In this document: one piece after another, positions 1-13,075 of the stretch
Layout of the letters: each line of letters begins with the position of its first letter
Position numbering within the stretch: the first letter of the stretch is position 1
Origin: Octopus sinensis
Lineage: Eukaryota
NCBI RefSeq assembly: GCF_006345805.1
Contig: NC_042999.1
Coordinates: 124,372,001-124,436,000, forward strand
Direction: 5' to 3'
DNA length: 64,000 nt
Notes under the pieces: model-generated
What the model saw: only the letters and a program-made list of their open reading frames with translations
What the model was told of the DNA's origin: nothing
The model's database searches: none
Made by a program: the position numbers and the translations under genes

Positions 1-1545
1 CATATTAGAAGTTTCATTTGTAGTTTCCTTCATTATCTTTCTATTTCCCCTGGCCTTAAAATAAAATAACAATAATAATAATAATAACAATAATAATAAT
101 AAGAAGAAGAATAACAATGATGATGATGATGATTGATTTGGTTCACACATATAGGATTGCTTCTGAAGTGTTGCCTCTGGAAAGCTGTTATTAATATCGA
201 CTGAAATACACCTTCTTTTACAAACAATTCTTTTGAAAGTATTTGTTGTGATTTTAGACATTTTTTTTTTTTTTACTATCAATTATGTATGTTACCTTTA
301 CTTGAAAGAGGAAGTATGTGTTGGTTAGGTAAATCTATTAGATAATATATCAACTGTCTGCACTTAAGTCATCTCTTGTTTTCAAGTTAAGGCTGCTGAT
401 GGACAATTCAGCTGATATGACAGCAGATTATATTTTATCATATTGTTATTGTACTGCATCCATAACCAAGACACTTAACTTTCAATGCACAAGTCACCTA
501 ACTGTAAATGAATCCCACAGGATGGTAAAGTCAGCACTTGAAACATAAGTGTTATAAAATAGATAACGGTTTTGTTAGTCTGAGTTAAGTGCTCACTAGA
601 CATAGCAACAGAATTAGAAATGACTACACTTTTGAACCATAATAGAGAAAAACACTCAACTTTTAAACAGTAAGACTTCAGTTATGATCCAATAACGCTG
701 TGTAACAATTTTTCTTTTTTTTTTTTTGTCTTTGGTCAGTAAGTGTTATTTCCTATTTGCTTCAGTCTAGAAATCAAAGGAAATGACTACTATTCTACTA
801 TTCCCTTCAAACTTTGCTTTTGTGACCTGGACATCAATGTTTTGAAACTGACCTATTTTCCATTACATTCCAGACAGATTCAGTACTGAGTTGCTGAAGC
901 AGAAATATCATTCTAGCAAATACTCTGCTCAATACCACAGATTTGTTTGTTAGTTACTTGACCTTAATCACTTGAGCATGTCCCTTAGTGGTTGACAATA
1001 TGTGCATCTCTGATCATAAATAAGAGTTGTAGGGAGCATTATACCCATGTATTAAGAGGGATTCTTTAGAGTGTGAATAAATGTAATGAAAGCAAAGTTT
1101 GAAGGAAATATAAGCCATTTTTCATACATTCTAGGGGTAAGCAAATAGGAAATAACAGTTGCTACCCAAGGACAGAATTCATCTTACACAGTGTAATCTA
1201 ATATCTTCCCTGCTCCCTCTCTTTCTCTCTATCTCTCTGTCTTCATGTACCATACCTTCTTCTGTCAATGAAATTGTGCTTCCTTGCCCAAAGTCTAGAA
1301 GTTGATGCTTTTACTTGGACAATTTACAGCTTGCTGTGCTGGTCTCCTTCTCCTCAGAGCTTAACCTTGAGAATGACTTTCCCTAGACACAGCAAAATAT
1401 GCTTCAACACACAAACTCTCATAAAGAATCTTGCTAACCAAATTCAAAACAAAATATGTGTGTGTGTGTGTGTGTGTGTCTGTGTACATATCTATATCTA
1501 CATCTATATATATAGATATAGATATATATATGTATGCACACACAC

Positions 1546-1592
<47 letters not shown>

Positions 1593-1618
1593 GATGATGA
1601 TGATGATATATATAGATA

Positions 1619-2801
1619 CTAGCAAATACACCTGTACTTTGGACAGTTTAAGTTGCTTTGGTGGTATTTTTTCACCAAATAATTGAACTACAAAGAAGGT
1701 TTATAAGTCGCATGGTAATCTACATTTCCAATTAACCTAGGAATGGAAAATCAAATTGAAGGCTGATTATTGAGTGGGGGAGCGTCGCACTTTAATGATC
1801 ATAGAAAATATGAGTTTGCAAGCGATGCAAAGCAGAGCTACTGAAGTGTTTTGGGAGTAGATTACGGATAATGACTACAAAACATAATTATTTTACATGA
1901 AAGCGAAATTTCTTGTCAGAAACAGTCTCATAAATGGTGTAAGGAAATTGAAGGAAGATGTTGAAATTTCCCCTCTGTGAGTTTATTTTTTTCAACAGCA
2001 AAGGGAGCTATATTTTCAGAGAGATAAGCTAACAAAAGCCCCTTTATTCTGTCTTCCCACATAGCCTGTACATAAACTAATAGCAAATGCTGCATAATGT
2101 TAAATTGGTATGGAGCTTTCTGAAAGATATGTATAGCTTTCACTAGTGGATGCAAAACTCTTAAATGTTGATACTTTGGGCCAAATCACATGTGATTGTT
2201 TAAAAACGAGGCTAAAATGACAATGATAAAACATATTTGAAACAATGGACAACAGTCGAAATATCATAATGGATGGGTGGATAAGCATCCTTAAAGTGAA
2301 TCAATGCATTGGTAGGTAAACATAGGTATCAACAAATAGAAGAGAGGGAAGGGAACATCACTTTTCAAGTAACTCAGAATAGGTAAATGTAAAGTTGCCA
2401 AAGTTTAATGCAGTTTAAATATGGAGATTCAGATTGCTTGGTATTGGTTATTCATCGAGTACAATGTTCCTAGTCAATTTAATCACCATGACAGGTGGAC
2501 AGTCGAAATGAATAATTGGATAAAATCCTTTCACTTTTATAAATATATTAAAAAAGGTATGTAAGACCCTGCTTACAAAAAAACTTTGTCCATTTAGGTT
2601 CATTTACACGAGAGCTCTGGGCAAAATGTTTAGTGCATGACCATCTTTGAGACATAAGTAATGTGTGTGTAAAGTTTGGTGAAAATCGGTTGAGAATTGT
2701 GGAAATGTATGCATTCAGTGTTCCTAGTCAATTTAATGACTGTCACTGGTGCACAGTGGAAATAAGTAAATAAGAAAAATCCTTTCACTCATATAAAAAG
2801 A
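1619..2801 (-). mobile_element. Non-autonomous Helitron-like element, ~1.2 kb
   Basis: On minus it starts A|TC (TCTTTTTATATGAG), ends with a degraded hairpin and CTAG|T, and lies beside a TA repeat. Its 5' part is internally duplicated (~2468-2560 vs ~2718-2801). Confidence 0.55.
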
Positions 2802-4169
2802 TTAAAAATGTATGGAAGACCCTACAGATTATAAAACAGCTGATTAATGTAAATGAATAAGAATAATCTATTGTTGGTTTAATATTGCTCAAGAGGCCCC
2901 AATATCAATTTTTAAAAAAAATTAAGTATCCTACATTTGGGCTTGGGATATGTTGCAGCTGTGTATAAAATTTTAAAGAAATCAGATGAAAGATGTGAAA
3001 GTTATTGAGGTACATTAAATTTTTGTACACACAAACACACACACACACACACACCACACACACACACACACAGAGAAAACTTCAATTTTATAGATATATA
3101 TATAATTATATATATATATATATAGGAAACAGTCTTCTTTCAGTTTCTGTCTATCAAACCCTCTCAAGCTTTCCAATAGTTAAAGCAGAGCAGTAGTTTT
3201 GCTTTGTTGCTTTCTATGTAAATGAGAGACACTTGGAAATAATCCTGTGCTTTTATGCAATACCACATATGAGAATATAAAAAAAAAACTTAGAAAGAAA
3301 TAGATGAATATTTTGAACTCTGATTCCTGGAATTACCAACTACAAAAATCTAAAAGAAGATTGTAAATTATCTGAGTACATAGATGAAATTCAAAATATC
3401 AACAATATGAAACTTTTGTACAGTAAAAGGCCAGAGCCGCCCAATATATATTTAAAAAAATAGCAAGGGTCAAATAATATTCACTCTTTGCTTGCTTTTA
3501 GTTCTTCTTGCCTCCCCCTATCATGTCTTGTAGATGACATGATTTATAATAGAAGTAACCATATAACAGTCTTTACAAATGTTTCCGACAGCTCCAGACT
3601 TGAAAGAGTCAAATCAAATATATACATAAATCTAAGATCTCTTGTTATTTTATCTTTAAAGAGAGAATCAAAACTTTAATGTATTTCCTATAAAGTTATG
3701 TAACAACAAAGGGTCTGTTATGAAAAATCAATAAAGATTGCTTACAAAAATATGATGGGACAGAAAAATGAAGATTTAGTGATGTCCATGCCTCTCTTGA
3801 GGAAGTATTTCTGACAAGTAATATTGGAACCAGGTCATAGCTACAATTCTCAAAGAATTTACTCCCTGCCATTGCAAACATCTATAATGTCTGAATATAC
3901 GAACGAGCTAATGTAGAGAGAAAATATACGCATACAGATAGACATCTATATGATGTATATCTAAATGTCAGGTCTTGTGGACATCTATGAAATGCATTAT
4001 TCTTGTAAAACTCATGTACTAACCTTTAACTGGGTTAAACTAACTTCCCTTTAACTATAATAATCAATAATTATTCTATCAATTCATTCTCTTTAATCAT
4101 TTCTTATCTAAGCACCTTTGCTTGCATGCACATGTTTATCTATCCTGAGTACGTGTGACTGCATGTGTG

Positions 4170-4316
<147 letters not shown>

Positions 4317-4675
4317 TCTACAAGTGCATGTGTGAATGTTTGAAACTTCCTATTCTAAATATATGTATATTTGTGTTTATTTATTCATTGTTAGAAGAGG
4401 CCTCCAAGTATAAATAGACGGAAGCCAATAGTCTTTTATGTATTAATAAGAATATTCACACAAGAGCCATCATTGCCAACAAAATGTAGTTTCATAAATG
4501 CATGAGAATTTCATAAACCACCATACCTAAATAAAAACCCATTAATAAACAAGAGAAATAAAGGAGATCGAATTTTTAAAATGCTCTTTCACTGAATAAA
4601 AAGCTTCAGCATTTATATATACAACTGACTTCTGAAATGAATGGCTACAATGTGATGAAGGCATGTTGCAAGTTT

Positions 4676-4677
4676 TA

Positions 4678-4729
<52 letters not shown>

Positions 4730-4788
4730 CATTATTATTATTATTATCATTATTATTATTATTATTATCATTATTGTTATCATCATTA

Positions 4789-4819
<31 letters not shown>

Positions 4820-4970
4820 ATTACTATAATTATTATCATTATTGTTGTTGCTGCTGTTGTTATAATTGTTGTAGTTATTATTATTATTATCATTTTCTTT
4901 TCTGTTTGCAATTGGCGGCTTCACCTAGTCCTACTCACTGAAAAGGAAGGTAAAATAAATAAATAAATGA

Positions 4971-5014
<44 letters not shown>

Positions 5015-5015
5015 A
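4676..5015. repeat. (TTA/TCA)n then (AAAT)n microsatellites
   Basis: Seen directly; explains the poly-Y, poly-L and poly-I ORFs. Confidence 0.9.
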
Positions 5016-5923
5016 GATCCTTTGACTTTCTGCAGTATAATGAATAGCTTAAAACTATGCAGCAATGGGAAGGTATGTACAACATTGTAGGTAAAAGGGA
5101 AGTGTAGTGGGGAGTATAAAAATCCATCATCTAACCTGTTAAATTATTCGGGCTTAGCAGAGAATGCTGAAGGTAATTTCTGAAGAAACAATCATGTCTA
5201 AATGAAAATTCTCCGACTATGAAAGAAAACTAATCATAATTGTACAACAACAGCAAAAATAGGAAGAAAAAATATACAAAATAAAAATAAAATAAAATAA
5301 AAATAGAAAGAAGAGAAAAACGATGGTAAGAAAGAATGAAAAGAAAAGTTTCAACGAAGCACAGCTGCAGATTAATGAAACTTTTAAACAAAAAGATGAT
5401 TGCATTTTTAATGAAGTATCTTCTTAATTCAGATGTGAGGGGTATGGAAAAAAAGAAATAAAAACAAAAGAAATATTAGATAGAATCTAAGAGAAGGGCA
5501 GCAAAGGAAGAGCTAATGCACAATAAAGACTTACCAATCAATGAAAGTAGTGCAGCTTAGTAAAGTGAAAGATTAGTTTTAATCGATAATCAATAAGGAA
5601 GAATAGGGTTTTTGCAGCAAACTGAGAGGAAAATTCTTCCTTGCAACATAGTTACAAGTTTTCTCTTAAACAAAGGTTTATCAAGAAAATAGAGAAATTG
5701 TAGGTTGATACGTTATTCCCGAAGGAAGGAAGGTGTTATGGAATTTCTGTTGAGGAAAAAGGGGAAAAAATATTGATGTTTAAATAGAATTCACTGAGAA
5801 TTCAAAGAATTACTGATATACATGCATACATACTTACATGCACATACATGTGTTTAAATGCATGTGTATATGTCTATCTATCTATATATTTTTCAATCTA
5901 TCTATCTATATATACACACACAC

Positions 5924-5964
<41 letters not shown>

Positions 5965-5991
5965 TTTATATATATATATATATATATATAT

Positions 5992-6407
5992 AGGTGCAGG
6001 TGTAGCTGTGTGGTAAGACGCTTGCTTCCCAACCACATGGTTCCAGGTACAGTCCCACTGCATGGCATCTTGAGCAAGTGTCTTCTACTATAGCCTTGGG
6101 CCAACCAAAACCTTGAGAGTGGATAATAACAATAATAATAATATTAGGGAGTATAACTCCAAACTTACAGGGAAAAATTCAATTTAGTATTAAATCAAAT
6201 TTCACAATATAAATATATAATATATAAATTAGAGAAAAACCACTATTATGCAATGACAGACGTAAACAATGACAGACGTAAACCAAATCATAAATAAAAA
6301 ATAAAATATATATTTTTTTTTATTTATGATTTGGTTTGTGTCTATCATTGTTTGAATTGCATAATAGTGGTTTTTCTCTAATTTATATATATATATATAT
6401 GTATATA

Positions 6408-6438
<31 letters not shown>

Positions 6439-6665
6439 ATGTATTTGTATGTCTGTGTTTGCCCACCACAACAACCACCATCACTTAACACCAATGCTGG
6501 TGTGTTTACATCCCCATAACTTAGCAGTCCAGCTAAGATAAAGAGACCAATAGAATAAGTACTAGGCTTACAAAGAATAAGTCCAGGGGTCGATTTGTTT
6601 GACTAAAGGCGTTGCTCCAGCATGGCCACAGTCAAATGACTGAAGCAAGTAAAAGAATAAAAGAA
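5992..6665 (+). mobile_element. tRNA-derived SINE (family A), interrupted by a hairpin element
   Basis: Head TAGCTGTGTGGTAAG...GGTTCCAGGTACAGTCCC, internal (TA)/(TG) tract and tail ending GTCAAATGACTGAAGCAAGTAAAAG; same family as 53118-53522. Confidence 0.8.
6221..6390. repeat. Imperfect long hairpin (fold-back) element
   Basis: TATATAAATTAGAGAAAAACCACTATTATGCAAT... is complementary to ...ATTGCATAATAGTGGTTTTTCTCTAATTTATATA; related sequence at ~31980-32210. Confidence 0.8.
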
Positions 6666-6745
6666 TATAAAATATTTTATATATATTTTTTGCATTATAA
6701 CTCACCACATGAGGATAATCAAAATTCTCCTCCTCCCCTTTTTCT

Positions 6746-6780
<35 letters not shown>

Positions 6781-7190
6781 CACACACACATACATATATA
6801 TGATTATGATAGTCTTGTAGTCCAAGAAAGACACTTCTGCAATTTCATGCTGAACAATCAACACAATTGATTCGTTTATAGTGATCAAATGATTGTATTG
6901 TTCCTTAGCTCCCACTTTCCATCAAATTGACGTTACCTAACAGGAGCAGAGTTGCCCAATGTGTCAGCAACGAGAGAGTCAAGGAGGAAGCAAGAGAGAG
7001 AGAGGAAATGGTGAAGGGGAGGGGAGGAGACTAGGGAAAGGGTGGGAGAGAAAAACAGAAAGGTAAAAGAACAAAAGAGGGAGATAGATAGACAGAGAAG
7101 AGATAGAATAAGAGTGCGCATCATAATTATTAAGATGATAATGTGTGGCATTCGATCATATAACAATATAAATAATATATAAATATATGC

Positions 7191-7232
<42 letters not shown>

Positions 7233-7391
7233 GTATGTATGTATGTAGTTATGCATAACCTGCAAGTTACATAAGTATATAGTTACATAACCTGTGAGCT
7301 TGGAGAACTTGTTGCAGCATAGAAACAATTGTAGTGATTACAAGTAAATCTCCAACCATAATCCTTCTTGTTGACTTTAATTTATTCATCA

Positions 7392-7422
<31 letters not shown>

Positions 7423-7507
7423 AATGTTTGTTTTTATGTTCAGTTATAATAAAACAATTTTCCATTAATCTAATGGGTTAACTCTATACCTTTGTACAAA
7501 TTCATTT

Positions 7508-7635
7508 TTCTTGTACAAGAATGTTGCTGACAGTGACTTTGTAGTTTTGGCCAGCTAAGCCATCATCAGACTGCCAATGATGGCTTTGCTGGCCAAAACT
7601 TCAAAGTTACTGTCAACAACATTCTTGTACAAGAA
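7508..7635. repeat. 128-bp hairpin with 59-bp arms (4 mismatches) and a 10-nt loop
   Basis: Arms 7508-7566 and 7577-7635 are reverse complements; a related half-copy lies at ~11387-11426. Confidence 0.9.
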
Positions 7636-7642
7636 TTAATAA

Positions 7643-7677
<35 letters not shown>

Positions 7678-7763
7678 TATATATAGAGAGAGAGAGAGTG
7701 AGGGAAGAGAGAGAATTTTTGTGTTACATATGCACATACATTTATTTGTATATATGTGAGTGT

Positions 7764-8437
7764 ATATCAAACTAAAGTTATTGAACAAACAAATGCAAGG
7801 TCATCCGCATAGCATTTCATAATTCGAACATTTAATCATAGAATATACATATAAACATCCCACAAGATAGAACATAATTCATCTGCACAAGCATACAAGC
7901 ATATAATAATAATAATAATAATAAGGTGCGAGAAAAAAAAATTTTTTCATCACAGTTTAGAGTTAATACTTTAGCGATTCAGAAAAATACATTACAATAC
8001 CTAAAAAGTAAAAATATAATATAAAGTAATATATAAAAATATATAGGTATATAAAAATATATAAAATATATATTTATATAGGAGCATATAAAAAATATAT
8101 AATATATATCATGTAAATAAAATAAAAGTTCATCGTTTAGAAATCTTATGAAATTATTATTCAAGTAAGAGAAGCCTTATAGTTAAAAGGAAACCATATT
8201 TACTTATCCCTATGGCCATTTCAGGGGTGTATTATGTTTAAAGTACTAGGGTGCATCCAGATAATACCTCCTTCGTCAGGGGAAAAAAATATATATACAT
8301 AAAGATAGACATCATCGCGTACCAGGCTAGCACAATGTTGTTTGCTTTCCTATTGAGGCATTCATGCTCGGATAGCCCAAATGAAATGCTATGCGGATGA
8401 CCTTGCATTTGTTTGTTCAATAACTTTAGTTTGATAT
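7764..8437. repeat. Perfect 57-bp inverted repeat pair (7764-7820 / 8381-8437) enclosing a ribozyme motif
   Basis: Base-by-base comparison shows no mismatch. Confidence 0.92.
8205..8286 (-). ncRNA. Minimal type I hammerhead ribozyme motif (Penelope-like-element type)
   Basis: Minus strand: UUCCC-CUGACGA-AGGAGGUAUUAU(25 nt)AUAAUACACCCCU-GAAA-UGGCCA-UA/GGGA. Core intact, helix II pairs, helix III is palindromic, helix I is UCCC/GGGA. Confidence 0.7.
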
Positions 8438-8537
8438 TTTTGTCTCTTTCAATAGAGCACTTCTATAGCAGTTCCTGACAAGAAACAATCACTGTATTAT
8501 TGATATTGATATGTGTGTGTATATATATATATATATG

Positions 8538-8812
8538 TCATCATCATCATCGTTTAACGTCCGTTTTCCATGCTAGCATGGGTTGGATGGTTTGACCGGG
8601 GTTTGGGAAGCCAGGAGGCTGTACCAGGCTCCAGTCTGATCTGGCAGTGTTTCTACAGCTGGATGCCCTTCCTAATGCCAACCACTCCGTGAGTGTAGTG
8701 GGTGCTTTTTACGTGCCACTGGCACAGGGGCCAGAGGAGGCTGGCAAACGGCCACGATCGGTTGGCGCTTTTACGTGTCACCAACACGGATGCCAGTCAG
8801 GTGGCGCTTGCA
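8538..8812 (-). mobile_element. SINE-like retroposon (family C, (GAT)n tail)
   Basis: TGGCATTAGGAAGGGCATCCAGCTGTAGAAAC core and ...GGACGTTAAACGATGATG tail on minus. Confidence 0.8.
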
Positions 8813-8866
8813 TATATATATATATATTATATATATATATATATAGATATATATATATATATATTA

Positions 8867-8911
<45 letters not shown>

Positions 8912-9264
8912 GTTATATTATATTATATTATATTATATTATATTATATTATATATTCACTTACACACACACATATCATACACACACACACACACACATAT
9001 GAGTGTTTCAAATCTAAAACAATCAATATGATTGTTTTAGATTTGAAACACTCATAAGAAAATTTTTTGTCTCCTAACTGTATGTGTGAGTTCAATTAGT
9101 CAAACTTTTTTTAACTCACCACACTTGCTGTGTTACATATACAAGACCCTACTACATTTGTATTTTGTATGCAAAAATGTTCCTTGTGATATTTTCTTTC
9201 AGGCATATTGTTGACATTTCATAATCATAGTTACTACATTCCAATCATTTCCCTTTCTTTCTCT

Positions 9265-9345
<81 letters not shown>

Positions 9346-9350
9346 TGTAC

Positions 9351-9386
<36 letters not shown>

Positions 9387-9802
9387 AGAGAGAGAAAGAG
9401 AGATGGAATGCAGTGACTATGATCACAAAATGTCAACAATATGTCTGAAAGAAAATAGCTGAAGGAACATTTTTGCATACTAAATACAAAACTGGTAGGA
9501 CCTTACATTTGTAACACAGCAAATACAGTGAGTTGAAAAGTGTGATTAACCGAAGGTGTAAACACACACCCCCCAAAACACACACATATACACACAAGCA
9601 TACATGCATATAGCAAATGAAAGTGGGTCTGGGAATCCAAGCGATTACCTCAGTCAGAATTCCTGCAAATGACAGAATGTTCAAGAAAGAAACCTGAGTG
9701 AATTCATCCAAGTTATTCTTGTATTTTTTTAGTCCTCAAGGTCATAATGAAAAGACTATGGATTTTCATTACATAATCAATATTATATAATCATTAAAAT
9801 GG

Positions 9803-10255
9803 TGGGCTGGCAGAATCGTTAGCACGCTGGGTGAAATGTTTAGCAGTATTTTGTCTGTCTTTACATTCTGAGTTCAAATTCCACCAAAGTCAACTTTGCC
9901 TTTCATCGTTTCAGGGTCAATAAGTTAAGTACCAGTGGCATGTAGCTTAGTGATTAGGGTAACTGGCTCATGATCATAAGGTTGTGAGTTCAATTCCCAG
10001 CAGTGTGTTGTGACCTTCAGCAAAATGCTTTATTTCATGTTGCTCCAGTCCACATACCTGGCAAAAGTGAGTTGTACTTGTAATTCAATAGGCTGCCCTT
10101 GTGACCTTCTGTGTCACGCTGAATCTCCCTGAGGACTATGTTAAGCATATGAGTGTCTGTGGAGTGCTCAGCCACTTGCACGTTAATTTCATGAGCTGGC
10201 TGTTCCATTGATCATATCAACTAGAACCCTCATCATTGTAACCGACGGAGTGTCA
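9803..10255 (+). mobile_element. Adjacent SINEs (family B fragment, then a family D-like tRNA-headed SINE)
   Basis: GGCTGGCAGAATCGTTAGCAC...GAGTTCAAATTCC, then TAGCTTAGTGATTAGGG...GAGTTCAATTCCC A/B boxes. Confidence 0.7.
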
Positions 10256-10261
10256 GTTGCA

Positions 10262-10330
10262 CACATCCATACACATCACATGACCAAACCAGAACAGTCT
10301 TCTCTCTTGCACATTGCATCTAATTCTTCT
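10262..10330 (-). pseudogene. Small RTE-type LINE ORF2 relic
   Basis: Minus translation CNVQERRLFWFGHVMCMD resembles the RTE motif RRLxWFGHVxRM. Confidence 0.5.
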
Positions 10331-10608
10331 AGCCTCTCTCTCAGTACTCTGCTGCTCTGTTATATTTCGGAAAAAGTTGACCACTGCTGAAATATCTTTC
10401 AAAGTTCATTGACTCTAAAAGCATTGATTTCTACAAGACAAGAATCAATAATTTTGATACACAAAAGATTTATTCAATGAAAGAGATATTTATTTTCAAT
10501 AAAATTTAGTTTTCACCCATTTTATATCCTTTCAAACTTCACTCCTCAAAGTGATATAAATTTCAAAATAATTTAGTGTCTGAGTGTGTGATCATGTATG
10601 CGTGTATC

Positions 10609-10810
10609 AGCATCATCATCATCATCATCATCATCATTCTCATTGTCATCATCATCACCTTCCTCATTGTCATCTCCATCACCATCCTCATTGTCTTCGT
10701 CATCATAGTCATCATCATCAGCATCATCATCATCATTATCATTACCATTCTCATTGTCATCATCATCGTCATCACCATCACCATCACCATCCTCGCTGTC
10801 ATCATCAATA
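10609..10810. repeat. Degenerate (CAT)n trinucleotide array
   Basis: Seen directly; gives the His-, Ile- and Met-rich ORFs. Confidence 0.9.
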
Positions 10811-10984
10811 TTGTTTTAAAGTTGTAAAGTCAATATTTCTATCCTTGTATGAACCAGACAGAATTCATTGAGGCAGATTTTTTTATGGCTGGATGACCTT
10901 CCTGTCATTAACCTTTACTTATTTCGAAACAAGATAATAATTCTCCAAGACCAGACATATTTGCATGAAAGTTTGGAACAGAAG

Positions 10985-11215
10985 AACAACACTTTTGTGT
11001 GTGTGTGTGTGTGTGGTGTGTCCTCGCCATTGCTTGACAACTGATGCTGGTGTGTTTATGCCCCTGTAACTTAGCAGTTCGGCAAGAGAAACCAATAGAA
11101 TAAGTACTAGGCTTACAAAGAATAAATCCGGGAGTCAATTTCTATGGCTAAAACCCTTTAAGGCAGTGCTCCAGCATGACCACAGTGAAATGACTGAAAC
11201 AAATAAAAGAATAAA
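10985..11215 (+). mobile_element. SINE family A 3' half
   Basis: GCTTGACAACTGATGCTGGTGTGTTTATG...ATGACTGAAACAAATAAAAG. Confidence 0.75.
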
Positions 11216-11429
11216 AAAACAAAAAATGTGCGCATATGTGTGTGTATGGATGGATAGTGAGGGGGAGAGATTGAGAAAGATATATATATTAATGTTTGTT
11301 TTTATGTTCCTTTCTAATAAAAGCAATTTTATATTAATCTTTAGTAGAATATTATACTTTAGTAGAATGCAAATTTATTACTCTTAAACAAGAATCTTGT
11401 TAACAGTGACCTCAAAGTTTTGGCCCATT

Positions 11430-11883
11430 AAACCATAGAAGGACAATGGCTTATGGGACTGTCCCCTTTGAGAAACACTGATTTAACAAAATTTGAGATA
11501 CCAGCAAAAGAAGAAATAAAGATAGACTTTTTTCTATTCCAAAGAAAAACGATTTTATTCACACAAATATGCAAAAGGCAATATACAGCATTTTGTGGCA
11601 TAATTTCAAGCCAGCCAGCTTTTTTTGCACAAACTGCACATGCATTTTTCTCACATACGCGTAGTACCGATCGCAACAGCCGATGTACTTGTGCATACAA
11701 ATGCACGTTCCCACGGCTTTATCGATCGCCTTCTCACCTGGAATCGATTTTTGTAATTTTTTCAAGACTTATACACGCCCTGATACTGTGAGTATCTACA
11801 TATCAAATTTGAGTGCAATTGGATGGAGGATGCCCGAGATCCTTGAAGACACACACACACACACAGAATAGATTTTATATAAT

Positions 11884-11886
<3 letters not shown>
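11430..11886 (-). mobile_element. Helitron-like 5' fragment
   Basis: Minus begins A|TCTATTATATAAAATC followed by (TG)n, like the other Helitrons here; no CTAG end found. Confidence 0.45.
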
Positions 11887-11919
<33 letters not shown>

Positions 11920-12436
11920 TGTGTATGTACATATATGCTTGTACATTATTCTCATCAATGTTTATTCATATGCTAGTCTTACAGCAATGTCTATTTGTAG
12001 AAGTATATAAAAAGCTGATTTGATAAAACTAAAGGTCGAAATGTAAATGCATAAGATGTTTTATTTGAAATACTACTATTTCAACTATTCTAAAACTCTA
12101 GAGATTTCCATAATAATTACAATACATAACTTGATTCACAAATAATCATTTTCACTTAAAACATTCATAGAATTCTCGGTTTCTTTTCCAAATAAAACAA
12201 CAAAGAATGACAACATTTTCAAAATTTCAAAAATGTTGCAGATACTTCATTAGTAAGAAAATGAAATCAAGACTGTATATATTTTGAAAGTCAATTATAA
12301 TGTAAAACAGTAGCAGACAATGTTTCTGCAACCTTGTTACCCTAGCTTCTCATGCTTAACATATGCAATACTTTTGATTAAATAAAACAGACCAAATGTA
12401 ATCTTGAGGGGAAAATCTTCTACATCTCAAATGTGT

Positions 12437-12474
<38 letters not shown>

Positions 12475-12730
12475 TCTCTCCCTCCCTCTATCTCTCTCCC
12501 TCCTTCCTGCTCTCCCTCTCTCTCCCTCTGTCCCTTCCTCTCTCTCCCTCCCCTCCTTCCTTCATGTCAGATGAGTTAACCAATATGAAAACTGATGAAC
12601 ATTACTCTTTATAAGCCCTTTAAAATTCTGGAGACAAATTTGAAGACAAATAAGGACTAGTTACCATTCAATAAAATTTATAAAGAATGTGAGCCAAAAA
12701 ATGCTACTAAACAAATTATAATCTAAGAGA

Positions 12731-13075
12731 AGGCACATGGCTCAGTGGTTAAAGAGTCAGGATCACAATCATAAGGTAGTGAGTTCAATTCCTGGACAGG
12801 GCTGTGTGTTATGTTCTTGAGCAAGGCTCTTTATTTCACATTGCTCCAGTTCACTCAGCTGTAGAAATGGGTTGTGACATCACTGGTGCCAAGCTGTATT
12901 AGCCATTGCCTTTCCCTTGGATAACATCAGTGGTATGGTATGCATGTGTGACTGCTAGTCTGCTATAAACAACCTTGCCCAGACTTCCATAAACAACCTT
13001 GCCTCAGAGAGGAACTTCCTAGGTGCACCCCCCCCACCCCCCATGGTCATTCATGGCCAAAGTGTGGTCTTAATC
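12731..13075 (+). mobile_element. tRNA-derived SINE (family D)
   Basis: A box TGGCTCAGTGG at 12738 and B box GAGTTCAATTCC at 12781; reverse copy at 42062-42340. Confidence 0.8.

Noticed and set aside
8381-8425. YADDL reverse-transcriptase-like motif on plus
   Set aside because: Only five residues, with stops on both sides and no other RT motifs; probably coincidental antisense reading of the repeat arm.
10584-10871. His-rich ORF (plus) and Asp-rich frame (minus) resembling metal-binding or biomineral proteins
   Set aside because: Derived from a degenerate (CAT)n array. The Asp-rich frame has a stop just upstream and no usable acceptor or start.
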